From: Bdellovibrionota bacterium
GTDB taxonomy: Bacteria; Bdellovibrionota_C; UBA2361; CALJRW01
Length of the DNA stretch: 64,000 nucleotides
Direction: 5' to 3'
Assembly (NCBI GenBank): GCA_041740355.1
Contig: JBGSMD010000061.1
Coordinates: forward strand, 9,514-73,513
Of the stretch, positions 1 to 9,275 are shown piece after piece. A program made the position numbers and the translations under genes. Each line of letters opens with the position of its first letter. The stretch's first letter is position 1. The notes beneath the pieces are model-generated. The model searched no databases. It was not told the origin of the DNA and saw nothing but the letters and a program-made list of their open reading frames with translations.

Positions 1-2
1 AA

Positions 3-128
3 GCAACAAGATTCAAAAAAATCATTGATATTTATGAATGTATTTGGGCTGGTGTGCCTACTTATTTTAAACGCCTAGAGAATAGCTGGGGTGATGTTGT
101 AACTATTCGAAATGATAGGATTATTTAA
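3..128 (+). CDS. Possible 3' end of a CDS entering from the window edge (…ATRFKKIIDIYECIWAGVPTYFKRLENSWGDVVTIRNDRII*)
   Basis: Frame is open from the window start to TAA at 126-128 and converges on murB; too short to identify. Confidence 0.3.
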   Translation, partial: ATRFKKIIDIYECIWAGVPTYFKRLENSWGDVVTIRNDRII

Positions 129-141
129 TTCTTACAAATTG

Positions 142-1050
142 CTACCAGATTTGTAGCTCTGTTTCCAGGATAATCCCCTCTTTCCGGATTACTTCAGCTC
201 TGATCATCTCGATCAGTGCTCTTACTTCTTGTGCAAGGGCATCTTTGGAAGGATTTACTATCCAATTTGCATGTAAATCAGAGACCAAGGCATTCCCTAA
301 GGCCCTTCCTTTAAAGCCAGCTTTCTCAATAACTTCTCCAGCATAGGCTTTTGGTGGGTTCTTAAAAATGGAGCCAGCCGAGGCTAGGGTTAAAGGTTGC
401 GTTGCTTTTCTATAAGTCAGATGCTTTTGTTGTTCCGCAAAAATTGATTCAGAGTCGCCTGGAGTTAACTTAATTGTAGCTGAAACTATAATCGAATCAG
501 AAGGTAAGGAAATCTGTCGATAGGCAAAGTTTAAAGTGTCTGCTGGCACAGTATGTAAGACTGCATGGGCATCATAATAAGTTATTGTTTGCAAGATTTG
601 GCAGATTTCACCAAGATGCGCTCCCGCGTTCATGCGGATAGCACCACCAAAAGTTGCTGGAATTCCACCAGCAAACTCTAAACCAGAATATCCTAATTTT
701 GATACCTCACGAGATAAAACCATCAGCGGCATACTTGCGCCTACCTCAAAGGTATCATTTGATGTTTGACGATAATATCGAAAACTTCGTCCCATTCTTA
801 TTACAGGCTGCTCCATGCCCTGATCGGGTATGAGTACATTACTGCCAGCACCAATAACTTTAAACCCTAAAGCATATTCTTTAATCAAAGACAAAGTAAT
901 ACCAAGTTCGTCCAGTGTATTAGGTTCTAATAAAAGAGCGAGATCCCCTCCTATTGAAAAAGTAGTTAACTTTTTCCCAGAAACATTTAATTGGAAAACA
1001 CATTCAGACATTTTCTGAAGATCTGTCAGCAACGACTTTGAATCATGCAT
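142..1050 (-). CDS. murB: UDP-N-acetylenolpyruvoylglucosamine reductase
   Basis: GAGSNVL, GLEFAGGIPATFGGAIRMNAGA, SAGSIFKNP, HANWIVN motifs; overlaps the murC end. Confidence 0.96.
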   Translation of the reverse strand: MHDSKSLLTDLQKMSECVFQLNVSGKKLTTFSIGGDLALLLEPNTLDELGITLSLIKEYALGFKVIGAGSNVLIPDQGMEQPVIRMGRSFRYYRQTSNDTFEVGASMPLMVLSREVSKLGYSGLEFAGGIPATFGGAIRMNAGAHLGEICQILQTITYYDAHAVLHTVPADTLNFAYRQISLPSDSIIVSATIKLTPGDSESIFAEQQKHLTYRKATQPLTLASAGSIFKNPPKAYAGEVIEKAGFKGRALGNALVSDLHANWIVNPSKDALAQEVRALIEMIRAEVIRKEGIILETELQIW

Positions 1051-2410
1051 GTCTAGGAACTATATTTTTAGCAAAATTACCGATTGAGCCTGCACCCATA
1101 CAAACTAATACATCGCCCGAACGAAATTCGGTTTTAAGACTTTCATAACAGTCATCTAACGTTCCAGCATAAGAGCAATTTTGATGCGCAATACTTTGCG
1201 CGAGATTTTCTGCATTAATTTGTTCGATTTCTAATTCTCCTGCCGAGTAAATATCTGAGATCATTACGTGATCACAATTCTCAAAACAGTTTTGAAATTC
1301 GTCCCAACATTCAGCAGTCCTTGAATAACGATGCGGCTGAAAAATAACATGTACACGTCCTGCTAAGTGATAGGCCTCACTAATGGCACTTAATGTTGCT
1401 TTGATTTCTGTCGGATGGTGTGCATAATCATTAATAATTGTGACTCCGTCCTGACAGGCAACAATTTCCGATCTCCTTGAAACTCCTTGAAAACTAGATA
1501 AGGCATCTTTAATCGTGCCTAAGCTAATCCCAAACTCCATTGCTACGGCAAAAACACTGAGACAATTTAACATGAAGTGACGACCTACTAGGGGAATTTG
1601 ATAAATGCCAAGACTCTCATCTTCTTTGAAAACTTCGAATTCTGTACCTTGTGGCGAAACCTTAAGGCACTTAGCACGAAGCGTTGCTTTGGCACTTAGA
1701 CCATACGAAATTTTACGACAATTTAGTTGATCATAAATCTTACTAACTCGTGGGTCATCAACACACATTACTGCCAGTCCGTAAAAGGGGACCGATTTAA
1801 CGAACTGAGCAAAAGCTTTTTCAATCTCTTCTACTGTTCCGTAAGTGCTAAGATGCTCTTTATCAATATTTGTTACAACGGCAATCGTTGGTTTTAAATG
1901 CAAGAAACTTTTATCTGATTCATCGGCTTCCGCGACTAAAAAATCGCCCTTTCCTAATTTGCCTGTACTATTATATTTATGAACAATGCCACCTATAATA
2001 ACAGTTGGATCAAATTTTGCTTCTTCCATCACAGCGGAAATTAAACTGGAGGTTGATGTTTTGCCATGCGCACCGGCAATAGCCACGCCGTATTTAAAAC
2101 GCATTAACTCAGCCAAAACTTCTGCTCGTGAAAGAATTGGAATTAATCTGTTTTTAGCTTCCACCATTTCGGGATTAGTAGTTGCGATTGCCGAGGAATA
2201 AACAATTAATGAGATATTATCTGCTAAATTATCGGCATCATGCCCTGTATATATTTTTGCACCTAACTCAGCTAATCTTTTACAAGCAGTACTGAAATTA
2301 AGATCAGATCCACTAATTTGGAATCCTTGGTTTAGCAGGACTTCCGCGATTCCGGACATTCCCGCCCCGCCAATACCTATGAAATGAAAGTGTAATTTAG
2401 GGTTATACAT
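1043..2410 (-). CDS. murC: UDP-N-acetylmuramate--L-alanine ligase
   Basis: HFIGIGGAGMSGIA, GAHGKTSTS P-loop, EADESD, DYAHHPTEI, FQPHRYSRT. Confidence 0.97.
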   Translation of the reverse strand: MYNPKLHFHFIGIGGAGMSGIAEVLLNQGFQISGSDLNFSTACKRLAELGAKIYTGHDADNLADNISLIVYSSAIATTNPEMVEAKNRLIPILSRAEVLAELMRFKYGVAIAGAHGKTSTSSLISAVMEEAKFDPTVIIGGIVHKYNSTGKLGKGDFLVAEADESDKSFLHLKPTIAVVTNIDKEHLSTYGTVEEIEKAFAQFVKSVPFYGLAVMCVDDPRVSKIYDQLNCRKISYGLSAKATLRAKCLKVSPQGTEFEVFKEDESLGIYQIPLVGRHFMLNCLSVFAVAMEFGISLGTIKDALSSFQGVSRRSEIVACQDGVTIINDYAHHPTEIKATLSAISEAYHLAGRVHVIFQPHRYSRTAECWDEFQNCFENCDHVMISDIYSAGELEIEQINAENLAQSIAHQNCSYAGTLDDCYESLKTEFRSGDVLVCMGAGSIGNFAKNIVPRHA

Positions 2411-2729
2411 TAAGAAAGATTTGTAATAAGTATTAAACCTACGTGCCTTCCTTTTGAATAAAAAGACGGCCGGTAGGTAAGCAAAATAATGGGGGCACCA
2501 TTTTTTGCTGTAAAAAAGTAATTAAACCAACCTTTTATTAAATTTGTAATTTCAAAAATGATAAGCAGAGGTTTTTAAATCGCAGTAATAGTAAGAATTA
2601 TAGCTTCGTAACTATTTGCGAAGCACTATCAAGTAGCATAGATATGTACTGATATCAAAAAATTACTGCTTATTGTATCATTTTGCTATATTTGGAGCCT
2701 ATATTTTCTTGAGTAACTTGAGTTCAATT

Positions 2730-3416
2730 ATGTCTGAGTTTGAAAAAACATACCTTTATAAACCAACAGTTGGATCTAGCCATACTTGGGCCTTGGGGCA
2801 ATTACAGAATTTACCGGCCAATTCAAAAATCCTTGATTTCGGAGCTGGTTCTGGAATTATTGGAAAAAAACTTCAAGAATTTGGTCAATCAGAGCTTTAT
2901 GCAGTTGATTTAGACCTAGAGCGAAGACTGGCTTTAAATAAAATTTATCTTAAATGTACTTCAACCTTGGAAGAGCTAGAGGAAAGTAACTTTGATTGCA
3001 TTATCTTACTAGACATCCTGGAACATTTAACAAATCCCTTTGAGTTTTTACAAGAACTTATCTCACATTTAAATCCCAGTGGAATCATTCTAATTTCTGT
3101 TCCCAATATTACACATTGGAGTATGCGTCTTGGATTATTATTCGGATTTTTTGAGTATACTGAACGTGGACTGCTCGACAAAACACATTATAATTTTTTC
3201 AATAAAAAAAGAGCAATTGCCCTTGCTAAATCTTCTCAACTTTTAGAGTTCATATCATATAATGCTAGCGTATCACCAGCAGAATTTGTATTACCCGAAT
3301 TTCTAACACAATCATCGTTCTATCAGTTCTTAGATAAATTAAGATTAAATTTAGCAAATCTGTATCCTAGCCTCTTTGCTTATCAACATCTTATCAAAGT
3401 TCAGAAAAAAAGATGA
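2730..3416 (+). CDS. Class I SAM-dependent methyltransferase (ATG 2730 preferred over TTG 2673)
   Basis: ILDFGAGSG motif I, DILEHL, ISVPN, GLLDKTH; the type often linked to glycosyltransferases. Confidence 0.85.
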   Translation: MSEFEKTYLYKPTVGSSHTWALGQLQNLPANSKILDFGAGSGIIGKKLQEFGQSELYAVDLDLERRLALNKIYLKCTSTLEELEESNFDCIILLDILEHLTNPFEFLQELISHLNPSGIILISVPNITHWSMRLGLLFGFFEYTERGLLDKTHYNFFNKKRAIALAKSSQLLEFISYNASVSPAEFVLPEFLTQSSFYQFLDKLRLNLANLYPSLFAYQHLIKVQKKR

Positions 3417-4195
3417 GAATAATTTCTTGGAATGTAAATGGCTTGCGTGCAGTTTATCGAAAAAACTTTCTAGAATTTCTTCAATCACATCAGCCGGATA
3501 TCATACTGCTCCAAGAAGTCAAAGCTTGGCCCGAGCAACTAAGTCCTGAGGAGTTATCTCCCCTTAATTATTATTCAACTTTTTCCTCCGCACAAAAGAA
3601 AGGATACTCTGGTGTTGCGATCTATTATCGTAAAGATTTACCACTAGAAATAATTTCCAAAGGAATTAATATTCCAGAATATGATGGGGAAGGTCGTTTT
3701 CTAATAGCTAAAATTAACGATATTATAATTTACAATATTTACTTTCCCTCAGGAACAACAGGAGATATTCGACAAACTTTTAAAGAAGCATTTCTAAAAG
3801 CCATCACAAAACATATCCAAGAAGAGATTAAAGATTCCACAAAAAAAATTATCATTGGAGGAGATTTTAATATCTGCCATCAAGAAATTGATATTCATCA
3901 CCCCAAACAAGCTACCAAACTCGAATTATCAGGCTTTTTACCCCAAGAACGTAAATGGTTTAGTGATTTTTTAGATTTAAATTTTTGTGATAGCTTTAGA
4001 TCTATTCAAGGAGCCGTAACAAATAGATACTCTTGGTGGAGTTATCGGGCCGGAGCCCGGAAAAAGAATTTAGGTTGGAGGATTGATTATCTCTTACTTA
4101 GCCGTAACTTAGAAGATCAGATTGTAAGTGCTGATATCTTAAGTGATTGTTTAGGATCAGATCATGCTCCCATAGTTTTAGATTTGAAATTCTGA
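3413..4195 (+). CDS. xth: Exodeoxyribonuclease III / AP endonuclease
   Basis: ISWNVNGLRA, LQEVK, GYSGVA, GDFNICH, YSWWSYR, GWRIDY, SDHAP. Confidence 0.95.
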   Translation: MRIISWNVNGLRAVYRKNFLEFLQSHQPDIILLQEVKAWPEQLSPEELSPLNYYSTFSSAQKKGYSGVAIYYRKDLPLEIISKGINIPEYDGEGRFLIAKINDIIIYNIYFPSGTTGDIRQTFKEAFLKAITKHIQEEIKDSTKKIIIGGDFNICHQEIDIHHPKQATKLELSGFLPQERKWFSDFLDLNFCDSFRSIQGAVTNRYSWWSYRAGARKKNLGWRIDYLLLSRNLEDQIVSADILSDCLGSDHAPIVLDLKF

Positions 4196-5259
4196 TGTAT
4201 TTAAAAATAATTAATAAGAGTTATACTTTATCAGAAATTGCATCTGCTGTTAATGGCCAAGTTTATGGCGATGACAAAGTTCAAACTATCGGGTTATGCC
4301 CTTTGACTTCACCGACAAAGCAAATGTTATGTTTTAGCAAAGGTGTTAGTATTAAAAAATTAGAAGAAGATATTCCGACGGAAAGCGTTTCGGCAATTTT
4401 TATTTCGAGTCAGATTAAACTAGAAGGGAAATTAGTTCACAACTATCTCTTAGTGGAAGATCCCCAATTGGCATTTATGAATTGTACTGAATTATTTTTT
4501 GAAAAAATTGCTAGCACAGGACAAATTGCCAGTAGTGCCATAATTTCTCCCACGGCCAAGCTGGGAAATAATGTTCAAATTTCTGAGCATGTGATAATTG
4601 GAGATAATGCTGAGATTGGAGAGAACACCGTAATTCACCCAAATTCTACTATTTACCATAACGTCAAGATAGGTCACAGCTGCTTGATTCATAGCAACGT
4701 AGTTATTCGAGAGTACTGCGAATTGGGTAATAAAATTATTATTCAAAATGGAACGATTGTTGGAGCCGATGGTTTTGGTTATCTTCCGACAGCGACAGGA
4801 CTGCGCAATGTACCTCAACTCGGGAATGTAATTATTGAAGATTTTGTTGATATTGGTGCCTGTAGCTGTATAGATCGAGCGACGTCTGGTTCCACACGAA
4901 TTGGTTTTTCAACTAAGATTGATAATCAGGTACAAATTGGTCATAACGTACAAATTGGAAAATTCTGCATCATCTGTGGTCAAACTGGAATTGCCGGAAG
5001 TTGTGAAATTGGCGATCAGGTTGTACTTGGTGGAAATGTAAAAATCAAAGATCACATTATCATCCCTAGCAATACTCGCCTCGGTGGAAACAGCATGGTT
5101 AACCAACAAATCCGAGAAGCTGGTGATTACTCCGGATACCCTGCAGTTCCTGCAAAAACTTGGACGAGAAACTCAGCAACCCTAAAAGATCTAGCGCAAA
5201 CTATTAAAGAAATTCGCGATGAGATTAGTCTGCTGAAAAAAACTAATCTCGATAAATAA
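4195..5259 (+). CDS. lpxD: UDP-3-O-(3-hydroxyacyl)glucosamine N-acyltransferase (start at ATG 4195, TGATG-coupled to xth)
   Basis: Hexapeptide repeats, GADGFGY, PQLGNVIIED, IDRAT, TKIDNQVQIGHN. Confidence 0.95.
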   Translation: MYLKIINKSYTLSEIASAVNGQVYGDDKVQTIGLCPLTSPTKQMLCFSKGVSIKKLEEDIPTESVSAIFISSQIKLEGKLVHNYLLVEDPQLAFMNCTELFFEKIASTGQIASSAIISPTAKLGNNVQISEHVIIGDNAEIGENTVIHPNSTIYHNVKIGHSCLIHSNVVIREYCELGNKIIIQNGTIVGADGFGYLPTATGLRNVPQLGNVIIEDFVDIGACSCIDRATSGSTRIGFSTKIDNQVQIGHNVQIGKFCIICGQTGIAGSCEIGDQVVLGGNVKIKDHIIIPSNTRLGGNSMVNQQIREAGDYSGYPAVPAKTWTRNSATLKDLAQTIKEIRDEISLLKKTNLDK

Positions 5260-5306
5260 AATTTAATATCTGCTCTATAATCATTTATAATTTGAGTGGA
5301 GACTCG

Positions 5307-5377
5307 TTCTCCCCTTTTGGGACGCTGAGCATTATAAATTGTAAATAGAATATCTAGTGCGACCCAAAAGGGGAGAA
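5307..5377. repeat. 71-nt inverted-repeat element, copy 1 (family shared with 32916-32988)
   Basis: Arms TTCTCCCCTTTTGGGACGC / GCGACCCAAAAGGGGAGAA (19 bp, 1 mismatch) around a 33-nt loop; abuts the TAA stop at 5378. Confidence 0.85.
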
Positions 5378-6088
5378 TTATGATTTCTTCTCGGCTGATT
5401 CCAGGCGCTTCTTAGCCTGAGTCACAATTGCTCCGGGAATATTCTTAGAGCGAGCAATTTTTTTCAGGTCACTAACGTTGATATACCTTAACCATTTAGT
5501 GGCAACATCTAAGGGTGTTTTTGGATTTGAAACAAGCGTAATTTTCATTTCATAGGCACTCATCCACTGGCGATTATCGCCAATTGTGCGTAAAACAGCT
5601 TTGGACATATTAGTATTTTTGGCAAAATCAGTAACTTCTTTATCTTGTAATTTTGGGTTCTTGAGAACGCTCATTTGCACTAAACGATTACCATTTGTAA
5701 TTAATACTGCACGGCATGCTGCATTACCAAACATACCCATCTTTACTTTTTGCGGTAACTTCATTTTACTAATCAAAACTCGAATATCCGTAGAAACCTC
5801 TTCTTCTGTTTCTTTCAGTAATTTTTCAGGGATTTTTTCCGATTCATCTTGAGAGTAATTGAGAATTTCGTTTAATTCAGCTTCATCAAGATTTCCAAAA
5901 CCACGAAGAGAGTTCATAAAATCGGACATCAACTGAAAAGATGGATCTTTAGGTTTTGCTGGTAAAACTTCCACACTTTCATCGGCACCAAGGAAATCAC
6001 CCATTTCTTGTAAATCAGCTTCTTCCATCCCTTCTAACTGCTGTAGAGATTTAAAAAACGCCTTTAGCTCATCTATTTTATCGCTCAT
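5378..6088 (-). CDS. Conserved hypothetical protein with a helical-repeat (LRV-like) C-terminal domain
   Basis: VLKNPK…LVSNPKTP repeats, acidic N-terminus with an internal duplication; 236 aa. Confidence 0.7.
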   Translation of the reverse strand: MSDKIDELKAFFKSLQQLEGMEEADLQEMGDFLGADESVEVLPAKPKDPSFQLMSDFMNSLRGFGNLDEAELNEILNYSQDESEKIPEKLLKETEEEVSTDIRVLISKMKLPQKVKMGMFGNAACRAVLITNGNRLVQMSVLKNPKLQDKEVTDFAKNTNMSKAVLRTIGDNRQWMSAYEMKITLVSNPKTPLDVATKWLRYINVSDLKKIARSKNIPGAIVTQAKKRLESAEKKS

Positions 6089-6224
6089 TTAAACCCTCTG
6101 ATAATCATTATTTTAAATACATAGTAAACCTAGAATGAATTTCCAAAAAACATAATTCAAAATTCCTGTTAGTTTGACAATCTTTGTTGTTTTAGGCATT
6201 CAAACCTGTTTAATTGTCCGCCGA

Positions 6225-6266
6225 CTTGTCCCCCAAAGCCTGAGCTTAAAGGGAAGCGAAGAGGGA
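6225..6266. repeat. Degenerate REP-like palindrome (GTCnnnnnWAGCYTT..GCGA family)
   Basis: CTTGTCCCCCAAAGCCT…GCGAAGAGGGA resembles 47474-47505. Confidence 0.5.
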
Positions 6267-6448
6267 AAACCAGGATTTAAAAATCAATATTTAAAAGCTA
6301 AAGGCCGAGCCTCTAAAAATAATTTCCTTCAGAGAAATCCTTTTTAGACTTACTATAACAAATATATTAAAGGAGGGGCGGTATTTTTTCTTTGGCAAAA
6401 AATGGCTTTTCTATTAACTCGCCCAGCATCATTCATTATTTTTCAAAA

Positions 6449-7237
6449 CTAAATTACGGTGGGTTTATTAAGATCACCTAGAATTTTAATGCCCTTAAGA
6501 GTTAAATTTGGATCAACAATAGAGGGGTGCAAAATCTCTTCCGCAAATAAAGCACCTAGCCCACCCGTCACTATAATTCTGGAATTCTGCTCAGCATCTT
6601 TTTTTAAAAATCTTGTAATTAATCCTTCGATCATAGAACTCCAACCATAATATATCCCCGACTGAATTGCCTCTTTGGTAAACTGACCAATCAGATGTTC
6701 TGGTCGAGATAGATCAATTTCAGGTAAATGCGGACAGTAAGTACGAAGTGCTGAAATTCCAGTAATTGGGCCCGGTGTAATTGCCCCTCCTTGAAATTCA
6801 CCTCTTTGGTTAAGATAGTCTACGGTAATAGCTGTCCCTATATCAACTATAATTACCGGTCCGTGATATTCCGCTTGTGCTGCTACGGCATTAGCAATCC
6901 GATCAATTCCTAAAGTCTGAGGATTTTCTACCATCAAATCGATATTCTTATTACTTTGCCAACTAAGAAACTGCGGTTCTATCTTAAAATATTTTTTTAA
7001 AACTAAGTTTAAATTATCATTTACTTTTTGGTTAACACTAGCAATCACAAGGCGGTCAGGCGCATAATCTTGATCTAAATTATAATAGAGTTTGTCGCGT
7101 AAACTCTCTGAGATTTCCTGCTCAACCTTTTCCTGGTCGAGAAAATGTTCTGAGTTAATATGAAAGATTGCTTTTAAATTTTTATTCTCAAATAACCCAA
7201 AGCTAGCCCGGCTTGTTCCGATATCAGCTACTAACAT
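6449..7237 (-). CDS. coaX: Type III pantothenate kinase
   Basis: LVADIGTS, LGIDRIANA, IVDIGTAITVD, GGAITPG, TGGLG; follows birA. Confidence 0.93.
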   Translation of the reverse strand: MLVADIGTSRASFGLFENKNLKAIFHINSEHFLDQEKVEQEISESLRDKLYYNLDQDYAPDRLVIASVNQKVNDNLNLVLKKYFKIEPQFLSWQSNKNIDLMVENPQTLGIDRIANAVAAQAEYHGPVIIVDIGTAITVDYLNQRGEFQGGAITPGPITGISALRTYCPHLPEIDLSRPEHLIGQFTKEAIQSGIYYGWSSMIEGLITRFLKKDAEQNSRIIVTGGLGALFAEEILHPSIVDPNLTLKGIKILGDLNKPTVI

Positions 7238-7997
7238 ATCTAACCTTACTTATTTCTAATGAAGTAAAACTATATTCTTCATCATTAATGTTTACTAAAA
7301 TTCGACCTTGTTGATCCACACCACGATACTTGCCAAGTATTTTCTGTTGATTAAATAGCGCTTCAATTTCAGAATCAATCGGAAAAGAAAACTTGTTCCA
7401 ACTACTTTGAAAAGCAGTAAAACCTTCTTCTTCAAAAACTTTTAAATATGATGGAAGTTTTAAAGCCAAACGACTAGCAAGATCACAAGGATGATAAGCT
7501 ATTCCAATAGCTTCGTAAAGACTAGCACTATTAAGATTAGGAACCTTAGATTCTAAATTCATTCCAATACCAATCGACAAGAAATTATTCTCTTGAAATT
7601 GAAATTGTTCTACTAAAATTCCAGCAATTTTTTGTCCATTCTTAGTCCAAAGATCATTTGGCCACTTAATCAAAACTCTACGTTGTGAATCATTGATCGA
7701 CTCCAACAAAAGCAAGCCAACTACTAATGTAAAACAACTGTAATTAATATTTTTTTCGAGAGGCAAAACAAATGTAGCAGCGAGTGCTCCACTAGTTGTT
7801 TGCCACTCACTCCCTAACCTTCCCCTAGCGGATCTTTGGGCTTGAGCTAAGACTAAAAGATTAGTTTTAGATTTCTCTTTTAATAATTCCTTGGCTTGAC
7901 ACATTGTAGAATCAATCCGATCGTAACACCGAATTTCCCAGTCAGCTTGACCAAGATTTATGTTTAATTCTTTTTCCCAAGAAACTAAGCTGTGCAC
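7224..7997 (-). CDS. birA: Biotin--[acetyl-CoA-carboxylase] ligase without an HTH domain
   Basis: DST, QRSARGRLGSEW, IKWPNDL, KIAGILVE, GIGMN. Confidence 0.92.
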   Translation of the reverse strand: MHSLVSWEKELNINLGQADWEIRCYDRIDSTMCQAKELLKEKSKTNLLVLAQAQRSARGRLGSEWQTTSGALAATFVLPLEKNINYSCFTLVVGLLLLESINDSQRRVLIKWPNDLWTKNGQKIAGILVEQFQFQENNFLSIGIGMNLESKVPNLNSASLYEAIGIAYHPCDLASRLALKLPSYLKVFEEEGFTAFQSSWNKFSFPIDSEIEALFNQQKILGKYRGVDQQGRILVNINDEEYSFTSLEISKVRYVSS

Positions 7998-8045
7998 TTT
8001 TAATACCTAATTGGTTTAATCAATAATATGATCAGCAAATTCAAT

Positions 8046-9152
8046 TTATACTTTACTGAGTAGCCAAGTATGAAAATACCGGAAAAGAACTCTCACAATT
8101 GCCGCACCAGGTACAGCTAGGAAAATCCCTAGCAATCCAAACAACTTACCACCAGCAAAAATAGCTATGATTACTGTGACGGGCGAAAGACCTGTTTTCT
8201 CACCAATTATTTTAGGTGTAATGAAAATACCTTCTAAAAACTGAACAACAGCAAATACTCCCCAGACATAAAATAGATGTTGAGTGTCACCAAAAGTGAT
8301 TAAAGCCATGATACTGGCTAGGATGATACCAACTACGCTACCTAAGTATGGAATTAGATTACCAAAACCAGCGATCACCGCTAGTAAGAACCAGAGATCT
8401 ACACCAACAAATCCAAGTCCTACTGCATATAAAATGAACAAACAAAAACAAATGATAATTTGTCCTCGAATAAATCCTGAAACAAAAGTATCAATCTCTC
8501 CTACAATTGCCTGAACATTTTTGCGTTGTTTCTGGGGAAATATTTTATAAAAGAGTACTGGGTAATCTTTGAAATTCATGGAAATATAAAATATCATAAA
8601 TGGCAAAAGGGCTAAGTTAACCAAAGCTAGCGTGATTGAATAACCCTGCAAGATCGTGCTTTTTACACGACTGATAACTTCTGGAACAATATCTTTTGCT
8701 AAATTGGGCAAAGACTCAGTCGCTTTAGTTTGAATATCTGCCCCAAGCATCCCTAAGAGTTTTTGATACCAAGGATCGATCCTTTCACGAGCAACTTCTA
8801 AATAGTGCGGAAAATTATCAATTAACTGAGAAAACTCTTTTTGTAGAACGGGAAAGACAGTAATAAAAAGTAAACCTAATAAAATTAGTCCTGTTCCAAC
8901 GATAATAAAAAATCCGATTGGTCGAGAAATATTATGTTTTTCCAGCTTATTTAAAATTGGTTCGATTAGGTAGGCAGCAATGAAGGAGATCACTACAAGA
9001 ATTACAATTTCTTGTAATTCACTGATGATCCAGATTAATAAAGTTGCTACCAATAAAACCAAGATCCAAAGTGGTGGTAACAAATTTTCTTTAATGTTTT
9101 TGGTTTGTGACATTGATAATTTATATTTAATGAAATATTTTTGTGTAAACAA
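8046..9152 (-). CDS. AI-2E (UPF0118/PerM) family transporter; true start may be a downstream ATG (MSQTK)
   Basis: AYLIEP, FIRGQ, LIPYLG, QFLEGIFITPKIIG, GGKLFGLLGIFLAVP; multi-TM. Confidence 0.9.
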   Translation of the reverse strand: MFTQKYFIKYKLSMSQTKNIKENLLPPLWILVLLVATLLIWIISELQEIVILVVISFIAAYLIEPILNKLEKHNISRPIGFFIIVGTGLILLGLLFITVFPVLQKEFSQLIDNFPHYLEVARERIDPWYQKLLGMLGADIQTKATESLPNLAKDIVPEVISRVKSTILQGYSITLALVNLALLPFMIFYISMNFKDYPVLFYKIFPQKQRKNVQAIVGEIDTFVSGFIRGQIIICFCLFILYAVGLGFVGVDLWFLLAVIAGFGNLIPYLGSVVGIILASIMALITFGDTQHLFYVWGVFAVVQFLEGIFITPKIIGEKTGLSPVTVIIAIFAGGKLFGLLGIFLAVPGAAIVRVLFRYFHTWLLSKV

Positions 9153-9213
9153 CCCGTCGTTGCCTAAAATATTCTAAAGAATATTTTAGTGCTATGACGC
9201 TACAAGCCCGTTG

Positions 9214-9240
9214 ATAGCCCTTCGACAAGCTCAGGGCTAT
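9214..9240. repeat. REP-like hairpin ATAGCCCT-TCGACAAGCTC-AGGGCTAT
   Basis: 8-bp perfect stem; the CCTTCGACAAGCTCAGG core resembles a widespread bacterial intergenic repeat type. Confidence 0.6.
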
Positions 9241-9275
9241 AATTATTTGGGTATCTTATACCCAAATAATTATAG
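9237..9275 (-). terminator. 18-bp perfect hairpin overlapping the dnaE stop codon
   Basis: CTATAATTATTTGGGTAT-CTT-ATACCCAAATAATTATAG. Confidence 0.55.

Noticed and set aside
5307-5377. Repeat-spacer-repeat layout as a mini-CRISPR or integron attC
   Set aside because: Arms are inverted rather than direct, there are no cas genes, no RYYYAAC/GTTRRRY core sites and no integrase
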